52,490 nucleotides of DNA from a virus, in the IMG/VR virus record IMGVR_UViG_3300006065_000007, positions 84,459-136,948 of that record; one strand, given 5' to 3'. Under the pieces are notes generated by a model that had not been told where the DNA came from, searched no databases, and was given only the letters and a program-made list of their open reading frames with translations. The position numbers and the translations under genes were made by a program. Below are positions 39,973 through 52,223 of the stretch, in pieces (position 1 is the first letter of the stretch; the number at the start of each line of letters is the position of its first letter).

Positions 39973-40302
39973 AGATAATAGTTTTTTTTAATTATACCAA
40001 AAAAATAAAACTTTATTTAGTTTTTATTTTTGAAATACCATTTTATAAATTCTATAACATAATAATAAGCAGTTTGAATATCGACACTTATATACATTCC
40101 CATTTTTATTTTTTGTTTATACAAAGATAATTCTTTTTTATGAATGTACCAAATATTTTCGATATTTTTTTTACGCGGACTGAAGGTTAAAAACTTAAAT
40201 GGCAAATGTAATACGAATCGCCATTTAAGTTTTGAATCCAGATGATCTATATCTGGTTGATTAAAGCAAAAAAAAGGTGTTCATTTTGAACACCCTCTTT
40301 TT

Positions 40303-41061
40303 TTATTGAATAACAAATTTATTATCAGTAGTTAGTTTGTTTCTAACTTTTTTAAACTTTAACCCGACAATAACATTTTTGGGGTCTAAGTATCTCATAT
40401 CATATAAGTCACCGTTAATTACTTTAAACCCGTTGAAAGTTTCAGGTACATTTTTAAATACCATAGCTACACGAATATTATTATTTAACATTTTAATACA
40501 TTTATCCATATTGTAACCGTTATATGAATAAGTTACATCGTAGTTAGGATATTTTTTCATTAGTTCTACTCTACCAGAAATTTTAGTATAGTCATAAAAT
40601 TGAACATCTGGAAACAATTGTAATACGTTTTTTCGTTTACCATTTATTTTAGTATAAATTGTTTCGGGTGAAATATCCGACGTATTATTTAAACGAACAC
40701 TAAAACGTAAGCCCAATTTATTAGCTCTATTTTTAGCTCGGTTAATTTCACTAATAACCCAATTACAAAAAAATGAATGATGTTCAAAATACAACCGGGT
40801 CTTTTTAATTCTACAAATATTAATACGGTTACTTTTATTAGACCGGTTACGACCTGACTCATTTAAACACATAGCGGTACACTCATCGGTACGTACAGAA
40901 CATACTTCATATCCACTCATATTAGCCGGAGAAAGATAAATACTATAAACCATTTCATTATATTTCTTCGCTTTCTCATGTTTGGTTGAGTTATTAACCT
41001 TACCTAAATAAGTAACACCTGATAATTTTCTCGCTAGTTTTAACGTTGTAAATTCATACAT
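40303..41061 (-). CDS. GP88-like phage protein
   Basis: C..C...CL Cys cluster, VRLNNTSD, QFYDYTK and GDLYDMRYLDP..IVGLKFK. Confidence 0.7.
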   Translation of the reverse strand: MYEFTTLKLARKLSGVTYLGKVNNSTKHEKAKKYNEMVYSIYLSPANMSGYEVCSVRTDECTAMCLNESGRNRSNKSNRINICRIKKTRLYFEHHSFFCNWVISEINRAKNRANKLGLRFSVRLNNTSDISPETIYTKINGKRKNVLQLFPDVQFYDYTKISGRVELMKKYPNYDVTYSYNGYNMDKCIKMLNNNIRVAMVFKNVPETFNGFKVINGDLYDMRYLDPKNVIVGLKFKKVRNKLTTDNKFVIQ

Positions 41062-41292
41062 ATTCTATATTTTTTTTTTGTTTTACAATACAAAGATAAT
41101 ACTTTTTTATTAAACCGCCAAATATTTTTTCTTTTTTTTTTATTTACTGAAGTGGGACTGAAGGGTTAAAACTTAAATGGCAAGTTAAATTTTGCCAATT
41201 AAGTTTTGTGACCTGAAGACAAAATAAGATGGTTATAACAAAAAAAAAGGTATCCATTTCTGAATACCTTTTGTAAATTACAAATTGTGTGA

Positions 41293-41832
41293 TTATTCAA
41301 CTAAATCAAAGAAAATTTCTTTTCCTTTACGGGGTTTAGTTGTTTGCATAATAACCCTGTTGCGAGCCCACGTACCAATTAAAGGATGCTGTTTGCGATA
41401 GTCACCACCGCCTCGTCCGTTACCCTCACAAGTTAATAAAGGTAAAGGGTGAATACGATACTCATAATCTTCATATATTTTAGTAACAGGTACTTTTTTC
41501 AAATCAACCCATTCATTTTTATCCAGGTTAACCAGATACTTTAATTTTCCGTCATACTCTGGTACAGTTGGTTTAATGTTATTTTCGTGAACCATAGAAT
41601 AAATGTTACCGATTTCTTCGCCTTGCTCGTTCAGTTCGTTATCTGCATAATCGCCAGCCCAAACAATACGGTCACCGAACCATTTTCCACCTTTTGAAAT
41701 AAGACGTTCAACCACATTCACAAAATTGTTACCAATCCAGGAATGTTCCATTAGTTTCAATCCGTTACTAAAATCGTGTGAATACACACTTTCCATTTTA
41801 TCCAACGAAGTTGGCATGTAATACTGACCCAT
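41293..41832 (-). CDS. Hypothetical phage protein (MGQYY...)
   Basis: ORF with its own promoter and terminator. Confidence 0.7.
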   Translation of the reverse strand: MGQYYMPTSLDKMESVYSHDFSNGLKLMEHSWIGNNFVNVVERLISKGGKWFGDRIVWAGDYADNELNEQGEEIGNIYSMVHENNIKPTVPEYDGKLKYLVNLDKNEWVDLKKVPVTKIYEDYEYRIHPLPLLTCEGNGRGGGDYRKQHPLIGTWARNRVIMQTTKPRKGKEIFFDLVE

Positions 41833-41908
41833 AATTTTTAAGTTTTAAATTGTTTATACAAAGATAATTCATTTATATGAAATTACCAAATAAATTGACA
41901 ATTATTTT

Positions 41909-42403
41909 TTAAATTACTTGATTAATAATAAAATGAGGTACATTTTGTTTTATGATTTCTTTATATAAAGCGGATTTCATAAACATTGATAGAGGTTCAT
42001 GTCCGAAAATACTTTTTGGTTCTATTTCTCTGTAAAATATTACACCAGTTTCGTTTATTACATCTATGTATGTAGAATAATTTAAACCTTTGGTATCAAC
42101 AAGTAAATTACTTAATTCAGCAATTTCTTTTAAACCCTCAGTTACGGTGAAAGTAGCCACGTAATTTCTTCCATCTTTTAAAACATAGTAACTAAAATCA
42201 ATACCATTTATAGTTGCGGTATTATCTTCACCCTCACTTATTTCACAATCTAAATATTTTCCTGTTGCTTTTCCATTAAACGACCAGTGACCCATACCAT
42301 AACTAACACCAGTTAATTTAGGGTGAATTTCTTTTACATCTTTAAAAAGTTCAATGATTCTAGATATAATTGGTACTGCAATCATTGCTTCTTTTTTTTT
42401 CAA
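41909..42403 (-). CDS. Hypothetical protein
   Basis: ORF behind the promoter at about 42476. Confidence 0.6.
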   Translation of the reverse strand: MKKKEAMIAVPIISRIIELFKDVKEIHPKLTGVSYGMGHWSFNGKATGKYLDCEISEGEDNTATINGIDFSYYVLKDGRNYVATFTVTEGLKEIAELSNLLVDTKGLNYSTYIDVINETGVIFYREIEPKSIFGHEPLSMFMKSALYKEIIKQNVPHFIINQVI

Positions 42404-42855
42404 TAAGTTTATAAACTTTTTGTTTTTCCTTTTTTAAATCAAATTTTTTCATTTCTATAAGTTTTAAATTGTATATACAAAGATAAATGTTTTATATGAA
42501 ATAACCAATTATTTTAATTGTTTCAGCTCCGGATCCAAGGTTTTAAATATTAATTGGCAATTATTTTTGCCAATTAAGTTTCTTGAAAGGCCCCAATCCG
42601 CATTATTAATGTAAAAAAAAAGGTGTTCATTTCTGAACACCTTTTTTAATATGAATATTATACTTTTTTCATTAAAACATCATATTCTTGAATTATTTCA
42701 AAAATTTCATCAATTATGGAATCCGGTAAATCTTCATATAAATATCTGTTTGCTGAAAGTTCAATTTCATCCTGGTAAGTAATTGTTCTAACATCGAATA
42801 AATTGAAAGTTTCAATCAATTCTGAAATATTATTTCAATCTTATCTTCCTTAATA

Positions 42856-43372
42856 TTAAAAAAAATGAATAGGTGGTACATAATCTTTTGGTTGAAGTTG
42901 AATAACAGCATCTTCATCCGATTCGTTTAAATCAACTGAAAATAAATCTTTTGTTTCTACATCTTGTACATAGTACTGCCGGTTGTCGCCCGGGTCTTGT
43001 AACCATTTTTCAACTTCCTTTGCAGCACCAAATGGAGAATCTTCCTGGATTGAAATTTCAAAAACAACATTATACGTTTTCATAATTTTAAAATTTATTA
43101 CCGTTAATACTTTCAATGTCCAAAGACAAAAATAATTCCTCTAAACCTAGTTTTTCAACTTCTGATTTTAATAATGTTTGTATTACATTATCTTTTACAT
43201 AGATATACCATTTAGGTTTTGCTTTATTAATTAAAACATCAATATCCATATAAGGTACATTAACATTTACTGTTACTCTCCTTATATATCTAACTGAACC
43301 TACCTCAACATAATGAGAAACAAGTCTTTTTATTTCTACATGTGTTACTTGACTACGATTTAAAACTTTCAT
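42856..43372 (-). CDS. Two small hypothetical proteins (43088-43372 and 42856-43116)
   Basis: Adjacent ORFs behind the promoter at about 43396. Confidence 0.55.
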
Positions 43373-43420
43373 GTCTTTTTATTTAATGTTACAATACAAA
43401 GATAATACATTAATATTAAT

Positions 43421-44017
43421 TTACCAAAACATTGAAAATTTTTTTTCTTCTTTTCGAGCAAGTTCACATCTGTATCTACACCAACTTTCCTGATAATCAC
43501 AACGTTTACCATATTTGCGGTGTAATTTTTTCATTTCATCAATATTATCAGCAGAAATAAAATCCCATATATCATGCCATACACAATTCCATCGTTGACC
43601 TTTTGGTGGAATCCATGTAAAAGCATCCGCGTGAATTATGGTAACCCGTGGATCTTGGTATGATGGGGCAACCAATTTAATCACATCCTCAGAATTTTCA
43701 ATTACTGTGATATGGTCAATTTTTCTTTTCCCATCCTTTTCCAATAACATTTTAACGGTTGTACCCAACCCTAAACCATTAATCAAAACCGTACCATGAG
43801 CATAATTATAAAACGGAATAAAATCTGAAATTTCATCCGGTGTATTACTCATAACAATTGTGTTTTTTCTCATTAGTCGTTTATATATACCAGCCGGTAC
43901 ACTACGACCATATTTCATAGCAGAAATCATTTGTGAAAAATCTTCTTTTGGAACTGTAAAAGTTTCCACTCTCCAATCTCCCGAAACACCATCTGGTACA
44001 TCAATATATACATTCAT
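43421..44017 (-). CDS. Class I SAM-dependent methyltransferase (spermidine-synthase-like fold)
   Basis: VLINGLGLG, TVIENSEDVI, IIHADAF and WHDIW. Confidence 0.75.
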   Translation of the reverse strand: MNVYIDVPDGVSGDWRVETFTVPKEDFSQMISAMKYGRSVPAGIYKRLMRKNTIVMSNTPDEISDFIPFYNYAHGTVLINGLGLGTTVKMLLEKDGKRKIDHITVIENSEDVIKLVAPSYQDPRVTIIHADAFTWIPPKGQRWNCVWHDIWDFISADNIDEMKKLHRKYGKRCDYQESWCRYRCELARKEEKKFSMFW

Positions 44018-44142
44018 AATAAACGTTTTAAATTATAATACAAAGATAATACATTTATTTTAAACCACCAAATTATTTCTGAAGAATTTGATGACGGGGC
44101 TGAAGGTTGATAAAGTTAATTGGCAATAAAATAAAACACATA

Positions 44143-44645
44143 AAAAAACCTTTGTATTACCATCCCAATCGGACAAGGGTACAAAGGTCTAAAATTCTAT
44201 ACTCCGAGTTTTTTATCTACCTCTTAACGTATTACCTAGGTAAATAGGTATAAGTAACCATCTCGTTAAAAGTCTTTTGGGTATTGTCACACTTATTTTA
44301 ATCATGTGTCATAAACATTGTGTAACACCCTCACGTTTATCCAAGTTCCTAAACTCATAGTTACGTGAGTTTCTTACTCATTGGTTAGAGTAACCACAAT
44401 GGATACAAACGCTACTCTCCATTGCTTGTGTCATTATTTACCCCATAGAGCTTTACTTCCCACACGACACAAAAAGAAGGTTGATAACCGCAACTTTACG
44501 TCTTTACTAATACAACAGCACTGATTTCTATAATAAGAAGATCATCTTTGATATCCTTACACGTAAGGACTTTGAATAGTGTTACATTCAATCTCAGAGT
44601 CTAATCCCCGGTGGGTTTAACCATCGTATTTTCAACAATTTCATA
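44143..44645 (-). ncRNA. Candidate ~500-nt structured ncRNA
   Basis: ORF-free, with a promoter TATATTTG at about 44650, a terminal hairpin plus T-run at about 44143-44187, and many internal hairpins. Confidence 0.55.
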
Positions 44646-45198
44646 ATACAAATATACAAAATAAAATTCAAAAAAACAAATTAAACACTAAAAGTTTCTA
44701 CTAACATTGACCTCAATAACTCGTCATCTTCAGTATAAAAAGAATTGTCTTTTGGAACGTAATACAGAATTTCTTCATATTCTATACAATCGTGATTATC
44801 CATGTACATTTCTACTGAAGCTTCATCTTCATTTTCCGGTACTCTTACACAGTAGTTCTTTAAAAATTTTGATTAATTTTTTTAACATGATTATAAAATT
44901 TAAGTTGTTTTTGCCAAATAAGTTTAAAATTGAAGCAACCCCTTGTGTTTGGGTTTTCTGTAATACGTTTTATTTGTACGATGAACCTTGTGAATAGATT
45001 TCCACCCATTTTCAAATGAAAGTTCAGCATCTCTACTTCCTTTTCTATTCGCTTTCACATAATCCATTGTTTTCATTTTATTTATTTCTCAAATTTGTTT
45101 TTTTAATTAATTCATTGTGCAATTTTTCTTGCTTAATTGTTTCACCAGGTTTTCCTAGTATATTGTTATACCTTTGGTTAGGTATCAAAATCGGATTT

Positions 45199-45420
45199 TT
45201 ATTCTTTTTTTTCATAACAACAATTTTTAAATTTTTTTCCAGAACCACATGAACAAATATCATTCCTTTGTATTTTAGGGTTTACCTTACTGTCACGTAC
45301 TGGTTTAACCTCATAACCCCGCAATTTTTTAGGTACATCAGGTAAATCAATATCATATACCGGAGGTATATATATTTTCCCAAACGGATAAATTAAACTT
45401 TCAACTATACCTTTCATCAT
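45199..45420 (-). CDS. SEC-C motif protein
   Basis: KIQRNDICSCGSGKKFKNCC. Confidence 0.8.
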   Translation of the reverse strand: MMKGIVESLIYPFGKIYIPPVYDIDLPDVPKKLRGYEVKPVRDSKVNPKIQRNDICSCGSGKKFKNCCYEKKE

Positions 45421-46135
45421 TCCAAAATATTAAATTCATATCATACATAAATTTTTTTAAAATTTCACTCATTTTTCCAATATATAAAAGTTAATATTGT
45501 TGTAAGAATTACCACACCCAAAAATATTTTACTTTCAAGTAAAAGGTTTTCATTTTTTTATAAAAACTACGGCTATAAACCGACCAATAAAAACCCCCAA
45601 TATCGTAAATACTAAATTTTTAACTTTCATCTTAAATATGTTTTTGAATGTTTTTTTACAATTTCTTTGTGTTAAATTTCACGTTTTAATTCAATTTTTT
45701 TGATTAGTCTCATATATTTTTTGTTTTTATACACAATATATAAATAATCAAAAATTTGATAACCAAACGAACCAATAGAAAGTGAAATTACTGTTGATTT
45801 ATTAAATTCACCCTCCAATAAATAAAATAATATCGCAAGAATTAATACTGTAATAGTACTAATAATAAATCTCGTAAATAAAGAAACTTGTGTTTTCATT
45901 TTATATTTCTATTTATACAAAGATAATTGTTTTATTTATGTTTTATTTAAATACACCAAATTATTTTAAACTTTTTTTCTGAAGAATTTGATGACGGGGC
46001 TGAAGTTACAGAAAGTTAATTGGCAAACCATATTACAATTGCCAATTAAGTTTTTGGTGCGAAGACGAGATTCATCGAAAAAAAAAACCCCTGACTTTCG
46101 CCAGAGGTTTAATGAACTTTAAATAAAATCTATAA

Positions 46136-46969
46136 CTAAACTAAAACAGACAATTCATTCCAAATGTGTCTTTCTTTTCTACCTGCAACCCCTAAAATTT
46201 TACTTTTGGAATTATCAGTACTTTTCATTGAATGTGTGGTATAACGTGTAACCGCTGAAAATAAACCCCAAAGATTGTCACCTTTTGTCGATACCTCAGT
46301 TTGAAAATCAAAATCAAACTTTTTAATCAAATTTAATTTTCTGGTCGATAAATCCTCCAACCTTTCCTCAGCCTTAATGTCAAACAGATAGTCAACAACC
46401 AATTTCTTAACCTCAGGCGTTATTTTTACATCATTGAATTTATCAATGGTATTGAAAATTTTTCTTTCCTCAACCAATAAAAAATCAATTTGTTTTAAAA
46501 TTTCATCAATTCGTGGTCTCATGTTCTGTGAATGTCTCAATTTTTCGTCAAGTAAATTGTACCCTCTCCAGAATGAATTTCTACACGATATGGTGAAATA
46601 ATAATTACCAAAAGCCAATGATGTTGAACCATCAAATGAATTTAAACCAGTTATATAACCTTTGATTGTGTCACCCCCGATATTGTGATCATTTGATTTT
46701 AATTGAAAAAATACCTTTTCACCACCATCAAACATACCGCCAGAATGAAATGATAAACCGGTTTTATTCGTTATTTTAAATAACAAATCAAGCAACTCCT
46801 CATTTTGATAAGGGTCATAATTTTTGGAATGAACCCCCAAAACTTGGCTTGTATCCTCACGAACTAATGCCATTCGACTGGGTATTTCTAACCCAGATAC
46901 GGTCTTAATGTTCTCAGAAATAACTTTCCAATTCAGACCACTTTTTTCTAAAATCTCTAATTGTGTCAT
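46136..46969 (-). CDS. DUF932 (LGT_TIGR03299-like) phage/plasmid protein
   Basis: GLNWKV, YQNEE, NSFDGSTS, SCRN, LRHS and LWGLFSAVTRYTTH. Confidence 0.8.
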   Translation of the reverse strand: MTQLEILEKSGLNWKVISENIKTVSGLEIPSRMALVREDTSQVLGVHSKNYDPYQNEELLDLLFKITNKTGLSFHSGGMFDGGEKVFFQLKSNDHNIGGDTIKGYITGLNSFDGSTSLAFGNYYFTISCRNSFWRGYNLLDEKLRHSQNMRPRIDEILKQIDFLLVEERKIFNTIDKFNDVKITPEVKKLVVDYLFDIKAEERLEDLSTRKLNLIKKFDFDFQTEVSTKGDNLWGLFSAVTRYTTHSMKSTDNSKSKILGVAGRKERHIWNELSVLV

Positions 46970-47022
46970 ACGTTTTAATTTTAAAGTTTATACTACAAAT
47001 ACTTTAACAATTCACCAAATTT

Positions 47023-47280
47023 TTAATCCAAATAAATAATAAATTTTGAACCCATTGGAAAAAATAAAAACATCCTATTATCTAACATAGCAAAAGCCTC
47101 ATCATTTTTTAAAACCAATTCTTTTGCCTTGCGAATTACTTCTATTTTATTGTTTTTTAATGTCACATCTCTAACACTAGACTCAAACTTGAATATAAAT
47201 TTATTCATCTTTTCACTTAATTCCTTATCTTCAACCAATAAGATAAGTTTCTCTTTGTATGTTACTCTTATATAAACCAT
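47023..47280 (-). CDS. Hypothetical protein
   Basis: ORF behind the promoter at about 47303. Confidence 0.55.
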   Translation of the reverse strand: MVYIRVTYKEKLILLVEDKELSEKMNKFIFKFESSVRDVTLKNNKIEVIRKAKELVLKNDEAFAMLDNRMFLFFPMGSKFIIYLD

Positions 47281-47760
47281 AGCTTTTAATTTTTAAGTTC
47301 ATTACAAAGATAATACATTTATTTTAAACTACCAAATAATTTTTGATTTTTTTTTCGACGGGAATGGAGCTAAAGTCAAAAACTTAATTGGCAATCGTAA
47401 TACAATGTTTAATATTGCCAATTAAGTTTCAATTTTTTTCAGGGAAGTCCATCAATCTTAAAATTACAACCGATTTTATCTTTCCATTTAATGTAATGTT
47501 TTTTAATTTGTTCAACAACCCATTTAGGGTCAGCTATAATATTCTTATTTTTAAATGTTTATCATTCAAAACTATCAAAGCCCTATTTAGTTCAATATTC
47601 ATATCTGATAATAACTCTTTATTAGTATTACGTTTATAATTAAGAATTTCCATCATGTAAGGAATGGCTTCTTTATAATCCGATATAATAGACAAAATAG
47701 TTTTTCTCTGATATTCTTCAGGAAGTTCAGTATTTAAAATTTCTTTTATTTAAATTCATT

Positions 47761-48321
47761 TCAATCTTCTATTTGTAGTTCAGCTTCTCTCATACAATCT
47801 TCTTTATCATCATACCCGAAACATGAACCAATATATTCTTTTGTACCATCTTCGTTTTTTTTGCTTATTATATAACCATAACTTTCACCGTTGAGATATT
47901 TGTCAAAAGTTTTAACCTCACCTATTAATATATTTTCTACTTTCTTTCTTATTTCTTTTGTGATACGTTTTACTCCGTATTCTTTACGAACATCTTCTTT
48001 TGTAGCGAATATAAATCCAATTTGACCACTATCCCAAGGACAACTAAAACCAGTCGTATTTATTGTTATTCCACTATGATCATAAATATAAACAGGTAAA
48101 ATAACACAAACTTTCTCATCTTTTATTAGTGTTTGTTTAAATTCGCCCCATCCATTATAATACATAGGGTTATATGTGTGTTTGTCACCCAAGTTATATT
48201 TCCTATGAAAACAATACATTTTTCCTAAATTACAATCTTCTCTAGGGTTACACGGATTTTCATCGATTACAATTTCAATTATATAACCGTTTACTTTCTT
48301 TTTTAAAACTACATTTTTCAT
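47761..48321 (-). CDS. Hypothetical phage protein
   Basis: LPVYIYDHSGITI..CPWDSGQIG; behind the promoter at about 48344. Confidence 0.7.
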   Translation of the reverse strand: MKNVVLKKKVNGYIIEIVIDENPCNPREDCNLGKMYCFHRKYNLGDKHTYNPMYYNGWGEFKQTLIKDEKVCVILPVYIYDHSGITINTTGFSCPWDSGQIGFIFATKEDVRKEYGVKRITKEIRKKVENILIGEVKTFDKYLNGESYGYIISKKNEDGTKEYIGSCFGYDDKEDCMREAELQIED

Positions 48322-49196
48322 TGTTCTTATTTTTAAAGTTCATTACAAAGATAATACATTTATTTTAAACTACCAAATAATTTTTGATTTTTTTTTTCGA
48401 CGGGAATGGAGCTAAAGTCAAAAACTTAATTGGCAATCGTAATACGGTTTACCAATTAACTTTCATTACTCACAATACTCTCTAACGTAACTCATATTTA
48501 CTCTAGTAATACTCTAAACTCTAAAAATAATAAAACCAAAAATCTTTTGGGATCAGAAGACCGGTTAAAATCTTAAATGGCAAATACAACCTTTAAAAAA
48601 AAAAGACCCGATGATTAACCATCAGGTCTTTTTAATGAATAAAATGTTTAAACTGAAAAACCGATTAAATCTTAGGTACAAATATAGTTATTTTATTATT
48701 ACGTTCTATCATTTCACGTAAAAAAAAAATAAAAATATCTAAAATATTCATTTTTTTTCATGTTGTATTGACTTTTTTTTATTAAATAATAAATCTGATT
48801 CGTTGATAACAATCCACATTTAATCAAATCATCAATAGGTTTCTTCTGTACATAGATATTCTAATAAACAAAAATCATTCGACCACACACAAAGTTACAC
48901 TTTTTCTTCGTATTCCATAACGTATCTAATTTGAATAATTTCATTTATTATTATCTTTTCCATAGTATAAAGATAATCTTTTTTATTAATCTACCCAAAT
49001 TTTTCACGAATAATTTGATGACTGTAGGTCAAAAACTTAATTGGCAATCGGTATTACGATTGCCAATTAACTTTCATTTTTTTTGAGCTACGTATAACAA
49101 CCGATATAAACAATTATTTTTCATTATATATACAATCGTAATACAAAAAAAAACCCCTGACTTTCGCCAGAGGTTCGTTGAACATTAAACAAAACA

Positions 49197-50168
49197 TTAT
49201 GAATAAACTAATGATTGTAACTTCTCAACCGTTGATTTTAAATCTTTAACATCACAAATTTTGTGAAACTTTTGATTTTCGTATGACCAATCACAACCAT
49301 TTATAATTTCACCCAAACAATTTAAATAAATTTGACTTTCTTCAAAATCATCTAAAGATTCTATTGTATTTATAAAATTTTCTCGACCCATTCTAGATCG
49401 ACCCTCTTTTATTAAACTAATACCATGTTATAGCCAATTAAAAGTGCGTACACGTTTCAGCTGTTCGTTAAATTTGCAAGGGCAATAATAATCAGAGCAT
49501 TCAACTTTTGGATTACCTGCTGCACAATCAATACAACGCCCTTTCATCCAAGTATCGCCTTCAAATTTAACTTTCTTAAATTGTAATCTCCAAAATATTC
49601 GTTTTATCAGTTTCATAATTAAATAATTAACTGGCTATAACAAGCAATATAAAACAGTTGCCAGAAAACTGCATCATATTTTGAAACGTCTTATAAGGCA
49701 ACCGTTTCATATTGCCGACCGATAATAATCGAAATTATTTTTTTCAAATTTAAATTTAAAAAAAGACAAACCAGATAATAATGAAATATCATAATCACAT
49801 TCATATGAATGATAAATGTCATTTGATACATCAACAGAACAAAATTCTTTCTCATCACAATATGAATACATTTTTAAACAAAATAAGATAAATTCCTCTG
49901 TTATTTTAACACCATTAGTTGCGATATAAAAAGAACTAATTGGAATATTTAATTCTTTTACCCTATTCAAAAAATAATTCATAATAAGTACATTTAATGT
50001 CGGTTCACCACCTGTAAACGTTACGGTACTAATACTGTCAACCTGAATTAAAAGTTGATCAATGTAAACCTTTGAAATATTTTTATTCATCGGTTCACCC
50101 CTCAAACAATGTTCACACATTATGTTACATTTTCGAGTTACTTCAATCATTAAATTTCTAATTTCCAT
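49197..50168 (-). pseudogene. Radical SAM protein split by a cassette insertion
   Basis: CNIMCEHC, FTGGEP and ATNG in the 5' part. HGISLIKEGR..IYLNCLGEIINGCD continues in the same frame beyond the 294-bp insert. Confidence 0.8.
49428..49721 (+). mobile_element. Single integron-like cassette (attC 49635-49721 on +; ORF 49428-49616 on -)
   Basis: G^TTATAGCCA...TGGCTATAAC-aa-GCAATAT..GTTGCC...GGCAAC..ATATTGC-cgacc-G^ATAAT. Confidence 0.8.
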
Positions 50169-51041
50169 TTTGTTTTATTTTAATGTTCTATACAAAGATA
50201 AAACTTTTTTTATTATATAATCAAATTTTTTATCGGAATTAAATTGATTTTTTTTTCGGGAATTAAGTTCCAGGGGACTGAAGTTTCATAAACTTAATTG
50301 GCAAGTATAATACGGATTGCCAATTAACTTTTTGTTTTTTCTCTCTGGTCCTTCTTTAGGTTATTTCTGTTTCTCGGTACAATATATTTTTATCGTCTCG
50401 GTTTATTAATTAATTTTTTGCCAATTAAGTTTTTGGCACGAAGACAAAAAAAATCCCCAGTAACGAATTACTGGGGTAATCGTCAGGATACCTAACACCA
50501 TACCAACCATCCTGACTAATTTGTAAATTCTTTAGTTTCCAACATTTAAATATTCAACTCTTTGATATATATAATTCCAGAATCTACAAACTATCTAAAT
50601 ATAATATATTTTTTTAAAAAAATCAAGTCTATTGCCATTTTATTTTTAAATTTTAATCTAGATAAGGATTGTTGCGCACAAAAAAAAAGCCTCGATATCA
50701 CATCGAAGCTTTTTATAAAACACAAAACAAGTAATTAACAAAACACAAAACAACCTAACAAATATGACCAATAAAAAAAATATAACTGAAATGAAAAAAT
50801 CTTTTTTATTTGTATTGTAATACAATTTTATTTCTTTATACATGACCATAATTTAAATATAATAAAATAATACTGAAAGAACAATAAAAACCACACCTAT
50901 TAATTTTAAACCAAAATGTATTAAAATACACCCAATCGTGAATATTGGAAATAAAAATAAACCAATAACCATTAATATTATCTGAACTATCGACATAACT
51001 TTAAATTTTAAATATTACACTACAAAGATAATACTTTTTTA

Positions 51042-51293
51042 TTAACCTACAACACTTTTATACTTTAAATAATACACATTTGAAACTTTTTTTTCAACAT
51101 AAAATTCAAAAAAAGCATCTGACCTTGGATGAATGTTTTCTACATGAATTATTTTCAATGGTTCATTCTCATAAACAAACTCCTCTATAACTTCATGTTT
51201 TTTAAAATGTTCTTGTAACGACTTCAAACACATTTTGTAAAAATCTACACCTAATCTGTATTTAACACTTTCGTTTAAAATAAATTTCATCAT
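51042..51293 (-). CDS. Hypothetical protein
   Basis: ORF behind the promoter at about 51315. Confidence 0.55.
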   Translation of the reverse strand: MMKFILNESVKYRLGVDFYKMCLKSLQEHFKKHEVIEEFVYENEPLKIIHVENIHPRSDAFFEFYVEKKVSNVYYLKYKSVVG

Positions 51294-51692
51294 ATCAAGT
51301 ATTTTAAAGTATAGTACAAAGATAAATGTTTTTTATAAATCTACCAAATTTTTTATTGGAATTAATTGATTTTTTTTTTCGGGAATTAAGTTCCAGGAGA
51401 CTGAAGGTACATAAACTTAATTGACAAATGTAATACCGATTGCCAATTAACTTTCGTAATTGACTATCTTCTACTACTGACCTAAACCCTCAGAAGTAAA
51501 TGGGTGTAAATCACGGTCATAAAAATTTTTTTTTTCGGGAATTAAGTTCCAGGAGACTGAAGGTACATAAACTTAATTGGCAAATGTAATACCGATTGCC
51601 AATTAACTTTTTGATCGCTATCCAGATCCGGATCGTTAAAACAAAAAAAAAGAGACTTTTCAGTCTCTTTCTTCTTTCACTTTCAACAGATT

Positions 51693-52223
51693 TTATACCT
51701 TGACGTATTTTATACCATTCAAAGTAAAAGAAACAATGTTTTCAATTTTCGGTGTGATAACCATTACTTTTCTTTCCTGTTCTTGTTTTTTGGATTCGGA
51801 AACCTTAACCATGTAGTCTTGAAATAATTGTTTTTCAATGGGGTTTCCATCCATTAAAAATTCAACTTTTGGTTGTACTTCGTCGAAACGTTCAACCATT
51901 AAATAAAATGTAGTTCCTGTTTTGTCATCGACCAATACACACGGTGAAACATGATTTTTACCACTTGGTTTTTCAACCTGAAAAGTATCAGGGTTTAAAC
52001 CTTCTTTTTCCATGTTACTTCTGACCCGTTTTTCGTAGTTAACGCCTGTTAAATAATTCGTGGAAGATAGTTTTTTAACCTTACCATAAAACGGATTATT
52101 TGTTTTGTTCATCCTTACATCTGTAAGGGTTACAACGTTTATAAAAGTTCCGTTATCAACGGTCTTTAAAACTTCTACCATTTCAGGTAATGAAACATTT
52201 ACGATTTGTTTTTCAGTTTTCAT
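51693..52223 (-). CDS. Hypothetical phage protein
   Basis: ORF with a promoter at about 52253 and a terminator AAGAGACT-TTTC-AGTCTCTT at about 51650. Confidence 0.7.
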   Translation of the reverse strand: MKTEKQIVNVSLPEMVEVLKTVDNGTFINVVTLTDVRMNKTNNPFYGKVKKLSSTNYLTGVNYEKRVRSNMEKEGLNPDTFQVEKPSGKNHVSPCVLVDDKTGTTFYLMVERFDEVQPKVEFLMDGNPIEKQLFQDYMVKVSESKKQEQERKVMVITPKIENIVSFTLNGIKYVKV

